Assembly: GCA_035606215.1 (NCBI GenBank)
Contig: DATNFV010000063.1
Coordinates: 42,526-106,525, forward strand
Direction: 5' to 3'
DNA: 64,000 nt
DNA from: Hanamia sp.
GTDB taxonomy: Bacteria > Bacteroidota > Bacteroidia > Chitinophagales > Chitinophagaceae
The translations under genes were made by a program, and so were the position numbers. Under the pieces are notes generated by a model. That model was not told where the DNA came from. It ran no database searches and saw only the letters and a list, made by a program, of their open reading frames with translations. Positions 49,157-59,415 of the stretch are shown piece after piece (position 1 is the first letter of the stretch; every line of letters starts with the position of its first letter).

Positions 49157-50182
49157 ATGTATCAATTCATCCGAAATATTTTATTCTTTTTCGATGCAGA
49201 AGACGTTCACTATTTCTCGATGAACATGCTTCGTTTTTTCTGCAGATTTTCTTTCATTAAAATTTTTTTAAAAAAGAAATTCACTCCTTCAAAAATTTTT
49301 TCAAAAGAAGCTTTCGGAATTATTTTTCCCAATCCCGTTGGTCTTGCTGCCGGCTTTGATAAAAATGCAAAATATTTGAATGAACTGGAAACGTTAGGGT
49401 TTGGTTTTGTAGAAATAGGAACTGTGACGCCATTGCCTCAAAGTGGAAATCCTCAGCCGCGTTTGTTTCGTTTGCCCAAAGACAAAGCATTAATTAACAG
49501 AATGGGTTTTAATAATGAGGGTACAAAAGCAGTAGCTGAGCGGCTTAGAAGATTTCGTAACGATAAAAGTTCGCTGATCATAGGTGGTAACATAGGAAAA
49601 AATAAAATCACACCCAATGAAGATGCATGGAAAGATTACGGGATTTGCTTTAATGAATTGCATGATGTGGTGGATTATTTTGTTGTTAATGTCAGTTCGC
49701 CTAACACACCAGGACTTAGAGATCTTCAACAAAAAGATTCTTTGAAAAAAATTCTTACAAATCTTCAGCAGATCAATCGAACCAAAAAAGTTGAGAAGCC
49801 CTTGCTCTTAAAAATTTCTCCTGATCTTGATCAACATGATTTAGATGACATCATTGATCTGGCAATGGAAATAAAACTGGACGGATTAGTGGCAGCCAAT
49901 ACAACGATCAGCAGAAAAAATTTAATTACTTCCGAAAAAGAAATTAATAAAATCGGAGCCGGCGGTCTGAGCGGAAAACCATTAAGAGAAGAATCAACGC
50001 ACATAACAAAGTACATCCAACAACGCACAAAAGGAGGCATTCCTATTATCAGCAGCGGCGGAATTTTTTCCAAAAAAGATGCGGAAGAAAAATTTCAAAA
50101 TGGTGCAGATCTCATTCAGGTTTGGACCGGTTTTATTTATGAAGGACCAGGAATAGTGAAGAAGATTTTAAACGGAAGATAA
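49157..50182 (+). CDS. pyrD: Quinone-dependent dihydroorotate dehydrogenase
   Basis: GLAAGFDKN, INRMGFNN, NVSSPNTPGLR, GGLSG. Confidence 0.97.
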   Translation: MYQFIRNILFFFDAEDVHYFSMNMLRFFCRFSFIKIFLKKKFTPSKIFSKEAFGIIFPNPVGLAAGFDKNAKYLNELETLGFGFVEIGTVTPLPQSGNPQPRLFRLPKDKALINRMGFNNEGTKAVAERLRRFRNDKSSLIIGGNIGKNKITPNEDAWKDYGICFNELHDVVDYFVVNVSSPNTPGLRDLQQKDSLKKILTNLQQINRTKKVEKPLLLKISPDLDQHDLDDIIDLAMEIKLDGLVAANTTISRKNLITSEKEINKIGAGGLSGKPLREESTHITKYIQQRTKGGIPIISSGGIFSKKDAEEKFQNGADLIQVWTGFIYEGPGIVKKILNGR

Positions 50183-50190
50183 ATAACCTT

Positions 50191-50967
50191 TTATTTGCTG
50201 TCCTCCAACTCCGGCTCATCTAATTGAACCACTCTTTTATTTTGTCTTTTAATCATCACCATGTTCAGCACTTCGACAATAAAAGAAAAAGCCATTCCGA
50301 AATAAATATAATTTTTTAAATGCAGTTCTTCTGCTTTATCTGCTGCCCAGCCTTCTATTACAAGGCTTAAGCCGATCATCACCAAAAACGAAAGTGCCAG
50401 CATTTTAAACGTAGGATGTTTATGAATGAAGGCAGCGATATAAGGGCTAAAAGAAAACATAATGATCATAGCAATGATGACAGCTGCAATCATTATTTCA
50501 ACATGTTTTGCAGTGCCGCCGGCAGTGATCACACTGTCGAACGAAAATACCATGTCAACAAGGACAATTTGAAAAACCGCTTGTGAAAAGGTAAGCAATT
50601 TCTTTTTCGGTTTGGAAATATTTGGATCCTCACCTTCAAGTTTTTCATGAATCTCCCTGACAGATTTGTATATCAGAAATACTCCGCCAACCAACATTAC
50701 AATGCTTGCCAGGTCAAAGCCTTTGTCAAATATGGTAAATACTGCTTTTCCTTTCTGAGCTAATAACCAGCCAAGAGCCAGCAGTAAAACACTTCTGACG
50801 ATGGAACCAAGAAGAACCCATGCAAGTCTCGCTTTTTTATGTTTTGCTTCCGGAAGCCGGTTAATGATAATGCTTACAAAAATCACATTATCTACTCCGA
50901 GAATAATTTCAAGAATTACTAAAATAAAAAAACTGATAATGCTATCAGTTGTCAATAAATGTTCCAT
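50191..50967 (-). CDS. TerC family membrane protein
   Basis: LEIILGVDN, DMVFSFDSVITA, HPTFKMLAL. Confidence 0.92.
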   Translation of the reverse strand: MEHLLTTDSIISFFILVILEIILGVDNVIFVSIIINRLPEAKHKKARLAWVLLGSIVRSVLLLALGWLLAQKGKAVFTIFDKGFDLASIVMLVGGVFLIYKSVREIHEKLEGEDPNISKPKKKLLTFSQAVFQIVLVDMVFSFDSVITAGGTAKHVEIMIAAVIIAMIIMFSFSPYIAAFIHKHPTFKMLALSFLVMIGLSLVIEGWAADKAEELHLKNYIYFGMAFSFIVEVLNMVMIKRQNKRVVQLDEPELEDSK

Positions 50968-50996
50968 TTAAAATAATTTTTAAAAATCCAGTACAC

Positions 50997-51371
50997 TTAA
51001 TCGTTTCTAACTTCCACAATACGATCAACAATATATTTTGTATCGCCTCGCCATGGAAGTTTCCCGATTTTTTGTTTATAGTGAACACTAATATCCTTCC
51101 CCTCAAGTTTTAATAAACTATCAGCCACGGTTTGGTTATCAACAGAAAAATCCCACATGTAATTCATCATCATACTATTGTTCGCTGCATTGGTGACACC
51201 GCCAAGATTCATTTCCCCTTCATAGGTTTTAAACATAAACCCTTGCTTTGAAAATTTAATTAATCTTCCTGCCCGGTTTCCTTCACTGTAAGTAAATGAA
51301 TATCGCCCAACAAAAAACAAAACGAGGAAAACAACAAGAATACCGACGATTGGCAAAACATATTTTTTCAT
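50997..51371 (-). CDS. Conserved hypothetical membrane-anchored protein
   Basis: One TM, then YSEGNRAG.LIKFS..G..FKTYEGE...WRGDT; start moved to ATG 51371. Confidence 0.7.
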   Translation of the reverse strand: MKKYVLPIVGILVVFLVLFFVGRYSFTYSEGNRAGRLIKFSKQGFMFKTYEGEMNLGGVTNAANNSMMMNYMWDFSVDNQTVADSLLKLEGKDISVHYKQKIGKLPWRGDTKYIVDRIVEVRND

Positions 51372-51542
51372 CGGGAATATTTTTAGCAAACATAACTATT
51401 CCCATTTAAAAATTTCCAGGCTTTACTTGGATACCAAAACGAGATTGATCATTCTTTATGCTTTATTTTCTAACATTGAGGAAGTTGTAAATTGCATCAA
51501 TTTTTATTCTGATAAAAAGCTTTTGATTTTAAATGAAATAAT

Positions 51543-52670
51543 ATGAACATAGGAATTGTTTGTTATCCCACTTTTGGTGGAAGCGGCGTGTTGGCAACAG
51601 AACTCGGAAAAGCACTGGCAGAAAAAGGACATAACATCCATTTTATCACTTATCAGCAACCGGTAAGACTTGGAGGTTTTCATGCGAATATTTTTTATCA
51701 CGAAGTAAGCGTGCCTACGTATCCTTTATTCGATTATCCGCCTTATGAAACGGCTTTGGCCAGTACAATGGTAGATGTAATTATCAATCAAAAAATTGAT
51801 CTCTTGCATGTTCATTATGCCATTCCCCATGCATCTGCAGCCTATATGGCCCGACAGATTTTGCTGAAAGAAGGAATTGATATTCCTGTCATTACCACAT
51901 TGCATGGAACTGACATTACTTTAGTTGGAAGAGACAAAACTTATTCGCCGGTTGTTACCTTCTCAATGAATGAAAGTGCTGCTCTCACTGCTGTTTCAAA
52001 GAATTTGCGCGATGAAACGTACAAAAACTTCAGGATGGAAAAAGAGATTGAAGTGATTTATAATTTTGTCGATGCAAAACGTTTTAATAAAAAACCGGTT
52101 ACTCCTTTTAAACAAGTGATCGCACCTAATAATGAAAAAATCCTATTGCATGCATCCAATTTTAGAAAGGTAAAAAGAGTGCAGGATGTGGTGTATATTT
52201 TTGAAAAAGTAAATAAAGTACTTCCATCAAAATTATTGTTTGTCGGAGATGGACCTGAACGCTCATTTATCGAAGATCTTTGCAGGAAAACTTGTGCCCG
52301 CACAGATATCCGTTTTTTGGGAAGGCAGGAAGAGATGGAAGAAATACTCGCTATTTCCGATCTTTTTCTATTGCCAAGTGAATACGAAAGTTTTGGGCTT
52401 GTTGCCCTGGAAGCTATGGCTGCACAGGTCCCTGTGATTTCAACAAATGTGGGCGGCTTGCCTGAAATTAATATCAATGGAGTGACAGGCTTTCTGAGTA
52501 ATGTGGGTGATGTTGAAGACATGAGCAACAATATCATCAAGATACTTTCTGATGAAAAAGCATTTGCAAAAATGAAGAAGAATGCTTTGGCACAGGCAAT
52601 GAAATTTGATATCCATAATATTGTTCCTCAATATGAGGATTTGTATAAGAAAGTGTTGGAGAAGGTTTAA
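51543..52670 (+). CDS. bshA: N-acetyl-alpha-D-glucosaminyl L-malate synthase
   Basis: CYPTFGGSG..ATELG, HVHYAIPHA, TTLHGTD, SNFRKVKR, ESFGL.ALEAMA. Confidence 0.93.
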   Translation: MNIGIVCYPTFGGSGVLATELGKALAEKGHNIHFITYQQPVRLGGFHANIFYHEVSVPTYPLFDYPPYETALASTMVDVIINQKIDLLHVHYAIPHASAAYMARQILLKEGIDIPVITTLHGTDITLVGRDKTYSPVVTFSMNESAALTAVSKNLRDETYKNFRMEKEIEVIYNFVDAKRFNKKPVTPFKQVIAPNNEKILLHASNFRKVKRVQDVVYIFEKVNKVLPSKLLFVGDGPERSFIEDLCRKTCARTDIRFLGRQEEMEEILAISDLFLLPSEYESFGLVALEAMAAQVPVISTNVGGLPEININGVTGFLSNVGDVEDMSNNIIKILSDEKAFAKMKKNALAQAMKFDIHNIVPQYEDLYKKVLEKV

Positions 52671-52771
52671 GAGATTGAGAATCAAATTTTATCTGATTTT
52701 ATCGGTACGTAAGCAAATAATTTCAAATTTTATTTCCCAATAATCACTTTCGTGCTTATTATATTTATTCA

Positions 52772-53953
52772 ATGACCAATCGCCAGATATTTTTAAATCA
52801 TATAGGCCAAACCTCGCCGGATCCTCTTGCATTGGAGATCGTCAAAGCGAGTGGCAGCAAGCTTTATGACATCAACGGAAAAGAATATATTGATCTCATT
52901 GGCGGTATCAGCGTTTGCAATATTGGACATGCTAATCAAAAAGTAATTGAAGCAATAAAAATTCAGGCCGAAAATTTTATGCATGTGATGGTGAATGGCG
53001 AATTGATTTTATCGCCGCAAACCGCTTATGCTAAATTGCTTACCGGTCATTTGCCGGCTACTCTTAATTCCGTTTTTTTTACTGCTTCCGGAACGGAAGC
53101 TACAGAAGGAGCTATGAAACTTGCGAAACGATTTACAGGAAGAATGCAAATTGCTGCATTTAAAAATTCTTACCATGGAAGTACTCAAGGTTCTTTAAGC
53201 ATTCTCGGCGATGAATATTGGCGCAATGCTTTTCGCCCGTTATTGCCCGATATTTTGCATCTTGATTATAATAACTTTGAAAGCCTTGATTTTATTACAA
53301 CAGAGACCGCATGCGTATTTGCAGAGACGATACAGGCAGAAGCAGGCGTAATCGTTCCGGATAAAAAATGGATGCAGGCACTCAGAAAAAAATGCACAGA
53401 TACGGGAGCTTTATTAGTGCTTGACGAAATTCAATGTGGTTTTGGAAGAAATGGTACGTTGTGGGCTTTTCAACAATTTGATACTGTTCCGGATGTTTTG
53501 TTGTTAGGAAAAGCGCTGGGCGGGGGAATGCCTTTGGGTGCTTTTATCGCAGATAAAAAAATCATGGATTCTTTGTCCAATAATCCTGTTCTTGGCCATA
53601 TCAATACTTTTGGCGGACATCCTGTTTGTTGCGCGGCCGGCAAAGCTGCAATGGATTTTTTGTTGCAGGAAGAAATTGTTGCAACAGTGTTTGAAAAGGA
53701 AAAATTATTTCTTGAAAATCTTCATCATACCAAAATAAAAAATATCAGAAGCCGAGGATTGATGATGGCGCTTCAGTTTGAAAGTTTTGAGCAGAATAAA
53801 AAAGTAATTAATGCGCTTTTGGAGCAGGGCATTTTTTCAGATTGGTTTTTGTTTGCATCTGAATGTTTGAGAATTGTTCCACCTTTAATTATTTCTGAAG
53901 ACGAAATTGCAAAAGCTTGTGATGCTATCAAAAAAGTGGTTTCAGATTTGTAA
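52772..53953 (+). CDS. Class III PLP-dependent aminotransferase (ArgD-like)
   Basis: SGTEATEGAMK, YHG, DEIQCGFGRNG, GKALGGG. Confidence 0.9.
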   Translation: MTNRQIFLNHIGQTSPDPLALEIVKASGSKLYDINGKEYIDLIGGISVCNIGHANQKVIEAIKIQAENFMHVMVNGELILSPQTAYAKLLTGHLPATLNSVFFTASGTEATEGAMKLAKRFTGRMQIAAFKNSYHGSTQGSLSILGDEYWRNAFRPLLPDILHLDYNNFESLDFITTETACVFAETIQAEAGVIVPDKKWMQALRKKCTDTGALLVLDEIQCGFGRNGTLWAFQQFDTVPDVLLLGKALGGGMPLGAFIADKKIMDSLSNNPVLGHINTFGGHPVCCAAGKAAMDFLLQEEIVATVFEKEKLFLENLHHTKIKNIRSRGLMMALQFESFEQNKKVINALLEQGIFSDWFLFASECLRIVPPLIISEDEIAKACDAIKKVVSDL

Positions 53954-53985
53954 CATTTTTCCTAAATCCCTTTTAAAAAAATACG

Positions 53986-54345
53986 ATGAGAGTTATCAAA
54001 TCATTTGCGTGTGCGTTTGCCGGTTTAAAAGATTGTCTTTTACACGAAAAAAATTTTCGCATTCAATATGTGATCGCTTTGCTGATAATTATTGCAGGAT
54101 TATTTTTTTCATTAAGCGAAACAGAATGGATGATCATTTTCCTGTGTTTCGCTGTAGTATTGAGTTTTGAGATCATTAACTCTGCCATTGAAAAACTTTG
54201 TGATTTGGTTTGCCCTCAATTCAACCGGACGATAAAAAAGGTAAAAGATATGTCAGCATCTGCTGTTTTGTTTGCTGCAATTATTTCTTTTATCATTGGT
54301 TGCATTATATTTTTACCAAAGATTATTTCACTTTTTTACCGATAG
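53986..54345 (+). CDS. dgkA: Diacylglycerol/undecaprenol kinase (DgkA family)
   Basis: SF..AF.GL, E.NFR, EIINSAIE.LCD, KD.SA.AVL. Confidence 0.88.
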   Translation: MRVIKSFACAFAGLKDCLLHEKNFRIQYVIALLIIIAGLFFSLSETEWMIIFLCFAVVLSFEIINSAIEKLCDLVCPQFNRTIKKVKDMSASAVLFAAIISFIIGCIIFLPKIISLFYR

Positions 54346-54411
54346 GATTTTTCGATTAAAAAGTAAAAGAAGAAATAAATACTGGCTGTTTTTTATTGAG
54401 AAATTCTTCCG

Positions 54412-55200
54412 CTACAGATCTTCATTTGTAAACTTTTTAAGAGCAAAGAAATAATATCCGCAGATGTAAATGAGGCTTGCAACTACCAGGATCCAGGGAT
54501 CTGGCGCACCTTTATAAATTACTTTATCTCCAAAAGGAATTGGAAGCATCACATCGGTTACCTGTAGCGGTAAAAAATAACCAACAGGTGAGAGAGAAAA
54601 TTTCATATTAATGAGAACTGTAAACAGGTATTCAAAAATCAATCCGTATAAAAAGAAGACTGCAATTGCAGCGCCGCTTTTTCTGAACAGAATGGCAAGA
54701 AACATCGCAAATGTAATGTAGGCAACCGTCTGAATAAAGATATAAACTACATTTTCCATTCCTGCAAAAGAAAAATGAGAACCTGTAGTGATCAATCCAA
54801 ATAACAACGCTACTAAAAAATTAAAGACAGTGGCTGCCAATGAAAACAAAAGTGCGAAAACAAATTTTACGGTTATGAATTGTTGTCTTGTCCAGCCGTC
54901 AATAATATTCTGTCGATGTGTTTTAAAATTAAATTCATTGGTAAGCAACATGATGAAAAGAATTCCCGGAAAATATAAAAGCCAGCTACTCATAAAACCT
55001 ACTGTTTGCCATACTTTGGGAAAAGCATAAGGCGTTCCTAAAAGAATCTTGCTTGCCGGCATATTTTGAACAGCGAGTTCATTAATATAAAAGCCGGTAT
55101 AATTGATCCCAAGAATGGCAAATCCATAAAGAATAGTAAAAATCCAGAAAGCTTTGTAATTTTTTACTTTAAGCCATTCAATTTTTAAAAGATGTAACAT
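54412..55200 (-). CDS. ABC-2 type transporter permease
   Basis: LLKIEWLK, NEF..KT.RQNIIDG, six TM segments. Confidence 0.88.
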   Translation of the reverse strand: MLHLLKIEWLKVKNYKAFWIFTILYGFAILGINYTGFYINELAVQNMPASKILLGTPYAFPKVWQTVGFMSSWLLYFPGILFIMLLTNEFNFKTHRQNIIDGWTRQQFITVKFVFALLFSLAATVFNFLVALLFGLITTGSHFSFAGMENVVYIFIQTVAYITFAMFLAILFRKSGAAIAVFFLYGLIFEYLFTVLINMKFSLSPVGYFLPLQVTDVMLPIPFGDKVIYKGAPDPWILVVASLIYICGYYFFALKKFTNEDL

Positions 55201-55206
55201 AAGTTT

Positions 55207-56097
55207 TTAATTATTGGTCAGTTCAAAAAACCTTGCTTCAAGGCTTTGTTTTTTTAGTGTCAGATGATTTAAAGTAACGCCATGATCAAAGCAAAATCTG
55301 TTCACTGCAGAAAGATCGGCTTTGCCCACAGGAAAGAAAATCTTTACTACAGAATTTTCATCAATAAGTCTTGATTTTTCATTCATGGAATTTAAAACTT
55401 CCACCAATTTTTGATGATCTGTCGCTGCTACTTCCACCATATCTTCATTCGACAAAATTTCATTTACTTTTCCTGAGACAATTAATTCTCCTTTTTTCAA
55501 AATCGCGACGTCAGTACAAACTTTTTCAACTTCATCCAATAGATGACTTGCCATGATGATGGTTTTCCCTTCCCTGTAAAGTCGTTTCATTAACTCTCTG
55601 ATTTCTGCGATCCCAACAGGATCAAGTCCGTTTGTAGGTTCGTCAAAGATCAATACAGACGGGCTTCCCAACAAGCACGAGGCTATTGCGAGCCGTTGTT
55701 TCATTCCTAGAGAATAGGTACTGAATTTTGAATCTTTTCTCCTGGTTAGATCTACTGTTTCCAGAACACGGTCAATATCTTCTTTGCCGTGTTGTTTTAT
55801 TTCAGCAACAATTTCAAGATTTTTTATTCCGGATAAATAATGGTAAAAATTTGGAGTTTCCAACAAAGTTCCAATCCTTCTGCGATTGGCTGCTGACGCC
55901 GGTTCATCAAATAATTTATAGGTGCCTGATGTAGGTTTTAAGATATCTGTAATGGTTCCGAGCGTGGTGGTTTTTCCGCTGCCATTTGGCCCCAGGATTC
56001 CAAAAACAGTACCTTCAGGCACGGAAAAACTTACATTTTTCAATGCTTGTATTCGTCCATAAGATTTGGATAAATTTTCTACAGTAAGTATTGACAT
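55207..56097 (-). CDS. ABC transporter ATP-binding protein
   Basis: GPNGSGKTT, YSLGMKQRL, DEPTNGLDP. Confidence 0.95.
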   Translation of the reverse strand: MSILTVENLSKSYGRIQALKNVSFSVPEGTVFGILGPNGSGKTTTLGTITDILKPTSGTYKLFDEPASAANRRRIGTLLETPNFYHYLSGIKNLEIVAEIKQHGKEDIDRVLETVDLTRRKDSKFSTYSLGMKQRLAIASCLLGSPSVLIFDEPTNGLDPVGIAEIRELMKRLYREGKTIIMASHLLDEVEKVCTDVAILKKGELIVSGKVNEILSNEDMVEVAATDHQKLVEVLNSMNEKSRLIDENSVVKIFFPVGKADLSAVNRFCFDHGVTLNHLTLKKQSLEARFFELTNN

Positions 56098-56206
56098 AAA
56101 AGATTATTAAAAAAATAATATTGCAATATACAGGAAGCCGCAAATAAATCGGAATTTTTAAAATGAATCCGGGGACTTTTAGTGAGTCAGAAAATCTAAC
56201 AGGAAA

Positions 56207-57334
56207 TTAATCCTGTTCTACTGTTTCGCCTGCAAGCGTAAGAATTTTGTGCGATTTGATAATCGGCTCTTCATGAAGTTGACCATTCGTAAGAACAATC
56301 TTTGTTTTTGGACGATTATAATAAACAATTCCAACAATGGATGTAGCCACTGCTGCAAGAGTTAGCATTACAATAGAAGTGCCTGTTGAACGTAAAAAAT
56401 AAGCAAGAACGATAAATGAAATGTTGGCAGTTACACAGGTCAAAGCAATCATTTTATGAGAAAATCCAAGATTCAGTAAAACGTGATGAATATGGTTTCT
56501 GTCAGGGCAAAAAGGTGAACGGCGATTTAAAATGCGGTGACTTACCACTCGAAGTGTATCAAAAAGAGGAACTAATAAAATTGCAAAACCCAAAGCAGGA
56601 GCTGATTGTAAAGGAATTGCAGCAGCTGGATCAGAAGCAGTAGTAATAAATTTTATAACCAAAATAGAATTGACAAGTCCGATAAGAAGCGAACCTGTAT
56701 CACCCATAAATATTTTTGCGGGATGAAAATTGTAAATTAAAAATGCAATCAAACTTCCGGCAAGTGATAATGCCATAACAGCATACAAAGGATATCCGGA
56801 AAAATAAAAGTAGGCGCCAAAAACCAACGATGTAAGCAAACCAAGACTTCCTGCTAATCCATCAACACCATCTATCAGATTAAATGAATTCGTAATTACC
56901 ACGATGGTAAATAACGTAAGTAAAAAACTCGCTGTAGGAGTTAGCGCATGAATTCCTAAAACACCATACATATCGGTTATCTGGATTCCCCCAAACTTTA
57001 TAATAATACCTGCGGCTATTAATTGTCCAACAAATTTCTTGGTAGCAGTAAGTATTAAAACATCGTCTTTTACACCCATAAAAAAGATGATCATAATGGC
57101 TGCCATGAAATATTGTAAAACGGAAGCATCAGCGGGAGGAACACCAATAAGAGTAGCAATTATAAATCCGCCGAAGATGCCAAGGCCTCCTAAAGTAGGA
57201 ATGACAGCTTTATGCACCTTTCTTTCACCGGGCTCATCAAACAGTTTTTTGTCTTTGGCAACTTCAATAATTACGGGTATCGAAAAAAAAGTAATTATGA
57301 AAGCCAGTCCGCCGCTTAAAAATATATTATTCAT
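56207..57334 (-). CDS. MraY/WecA family polyprenyl-phosphate GlcNAc-1-phosphate transferase
   Basis: RKVH...PTLGG, NSFNLIDGVDGLA, IFMGDTGS, DRNHIHH. Confidence 0.92.
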   Translation of the reverse strand: MNNIFLSGGLAFIITFFSIPVIIEVAKDKKLFDEPGERKVHKAVIPTLGGLGIFGGFIIATLIGVPPADASVLQYFMAAIMIIFFMGVKDDVLILTATKKFVGQLIAAGIIIKFGGIQITDMYGVLGIHALTPTASFLLTLFTIVVITNSFNLIDGVDGLAGSLGLLTSLVFGAYFYFSGYPLYAVMALSLAGSLIAFLIYNFHPAKIFMGDTGSLLIGLVNSILVIKFITTASDPAAAIPLQSAPALGFAILLVPLFDTLRVVSHRILNRRSPFCPDRNHIHHVLLNLGFSHKMIALTCVTANISFIVLAYFLRSTGTSIVMLTLAAVATSIVGIVYYNRPKTKIVLTNGQLHEEPIIKSHKILTLAGETVEQD

Positions 57335-57453
57335 GCATTGGGATTATAAAAAATACGCAAACCTTTTACAAATGTATTATTTTGTTCAAATTAAATATTA
57401 AAATCTACAAATTAAATAACGCTAAATCTGCAACAGTTATTTTGTTTCTGGTT

Positions 57454-58539
57454 TTACTCATCCACACTACCTGATACAACCGAATTACTTAATTTCTTTA
57501 AAGGATTTTTTCGGTTATCATCATAGAAATTCCGGTTTTTCAAGATATCTAAAGCTCCAAAAATCGCTGACATAAAAGATGATGTATCTGCTTTATTTTT
57601 CCCTGCAATGTCCAAAGCTGTTCCATGATCCGGACTTGTACGAACAACCGGTAATCCTGCCGTATAATTAATTCCATCACCCAATGACAAAGATTTCAAG
57701 GGAATTAATCCCTGGTCATGATACATGGCAAGCACTGCATCAAAGCGGTTTTGATATCCTCTTGCAAAAAATGCATCTGCACTGTAAGGTCCCGTTACAA
57801 TCATATTATGATGCTTGGCCTCAACAACAGCCGGCCTGATAATTTCAATTTCTTCTGTTCCGATCAGGCCTTCATCTCCTGCATGCGGATTTAAAGCCAG
57901 GACTGCAATTTTCGGTTTATCAATATTAAAATCTCTTTTTAATGAAGCATATAAAATATTGATTTTGCTTAAAATATTTTCTTTGGTAATATACTTTGAA
58001 ATATCTTTTACAGGTATATGTTCTGTTACCAGGCCTACGCGGAAATCTCCGGCGGCAAGTAACATTACCACATCTTTTTGTTCAAAAAAATCTTTAAAAT
58101 AAGGCGTGTGACCTGTGTAAGGGAATTCGCTGCTATGAACATTTTTTTTATGAATTGGTGCAGTTACCAATGCGTCAATATTGTTATCTTTTAGCGCTTG
58201 TGTTGCAGCTTTCAGGCTTTTTACTGCATATTTTCCACCGGTTTCATTTAATTCTCCCGGATTAATAACAATCTCTTCTTCCCAGCAGTTATAAATATTA
58301 ATTTGTTTTGGATTTATTTTAGAAAAATCTTTTATACTCGTAAAATTAAAATTGATTTCAGGAAAGTTTTTTCTATAAAAATTGATCACTCTGTTACTTG
58401 CAAATACCACAGGAGTAAAAAGATCGAGCATCCTGCTGTCTGAAAGAGATTTTATAAGTAGTTCTGGCCCGATACTGTTGATATCGCCTGAAGAAAATCC
58501 AATAATGGGCTTATTTTCTGTATTGGTAGTGTTGCTCAA
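57454..58539 (-). CDS. pdxA: 4-hydroxythreonine-4-phosphate dehydrogenase
   Basis: TAPIHK, GHT, LNPHAG, AMYHDQGL, RTSPDHGTA. Confidence 0.96.
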   Translation of the reverse strand: MSNTTNTENKPIIGFSSGDINSIGPELLIKSLSDSRMLDLFTPVVFASNRVINFYRKNFPEINFNFTSIKDFSKINPKQINIYNCWEEEIVINPGELNETGGKYAVKSLKAATQALKDNNIDALVTAPIHKKNVHSSEFPYTGHTPYFKDFFEQKDVVMLLAAGDFRVGLVTEHIPVKDISKYITKENILSKINILYASLKRDFNIDKPKIAVLALNPHAGDEGLIGTEEIEIIRPAVVEAKHHNMIVTGPYSADAFFARGYQNRFDAVLAMYHDQGLIPLKSLSLGDGINYTAGLPVVRTSPDHGTALDIAGKNKADTSSFMSAIFGALDILKNRNFYDDNRKNPLKKLSNSVVSGSVDE

Positions 58540-58612
58540 ATTATTTCAGTTTGCATGGACTTGCAAGGTAACAAATTATGGATGGATTCGTCTTTTACGT
58601 GGATAATTTTTA

Positions 58613-59239
58613 TTACCATTTGTTACTTCCAACATAACTTTCAATTGGCATGCGGTTAGAAATACTTCTCCCCAGAGTCATTTCATCAGCATACTCAAGT
58701 TCGCCTCCAAAGGCAATACCACGGGCTATTGTAGTGATTTTTACAGGATGATCTTTTAATTTTTTACTAATATAATAAATGGTAGTATCGCCCTGGATGT
58801 TCGGACTTAAAGCAAAAACCAACTCTTCCGTTTTTTCTTCGGTTACCCGTTTTATAAGCGAATCAATTTCCAATTCTGAAGGGCCAATGCCATCCAGGGG
58901 AGAAATAATTCCACCTAAAACATGAAAAACTCCGTTGAATTGTTGTGTGCTTTCAATAGCAATCACATCACGGATCGTTTCAACCACACAGATGATTTCT
59001 TTTTTGCGGCTGCGGTCTTCACAAATATTGCAAAGCTCTTTGTCAGCAATATTATGACAGCGATTACAGAAATGAATCTCTTCTCTCATTTTTAAGATTA
59101 CATCACTGAAATTTGTTACTTCCTTCACATCTTTTTTTAAAAGATGAAGTACCAGGCGTAAGGCAGTTTTCTTGCCAATGCCAGGCAATTTTGCAAATTC
59201 ATTCACCGCATTTTCTAAAAGAGAAGAAGAAAAAATCAT
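58613..59239 (-). CDS. recR: Recombination mediator RecR
   Basis: LPGIGKKTA.RL, C4 zinc finger, HVLGG.ISPLDG, GGELEYAD; TAATTTTG box at 59244-59251. Confidence 0.97.
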   Translation of the reverse strand: MIFSSSLLENAVNEFAKLPGIGKKTALRLVLHLLKKDVKEVTNFSDVILKMREEIHFCNRCHNIADKELCNICEDRSRKKEIICVVETIRDVIAIESTQQFNGVFHVLGGIISPLDGIGPSELEIDSLIKRVTEEKTEELVFALSPNIQGDTTIYYISKKLKDHPVKITTIARGIAFGGELEYADEMTLGRSISNRMPIESYVGSNKW

Positions 59240-59263
59240 GGAGCAAAATTAAATAATTGAGAT

Positions 59264-59375
59264 TAACCAATAAACTAATAAACCAATTAACTAATTAACC
59301 AATAAACTAATTAACCAATAAACTAATAACCAATAAACCAGGTAACATAATTAATTAATAAACCAATTAACAAAT
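59264..59375. repeat. Intergenic 8-bp tandem array (W)AAC(C/T)AAT, about 14 units
   Basis: taaccaat aaactaat aaaccaat taactaat taaccaat aaactaat taaccaat aaactaat, then degenerating. Confidence 0.9.
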
Positions 59376-59415
59376 AACCGTGTGAACATACAAGCAATTG
59401 CTGTTTATATTTTGA

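Noticed and set aside
59264-59375. Possible CRISPR array
   Set aside because: Contiguous 8-bp units with no unique spacers, and no cas genes.
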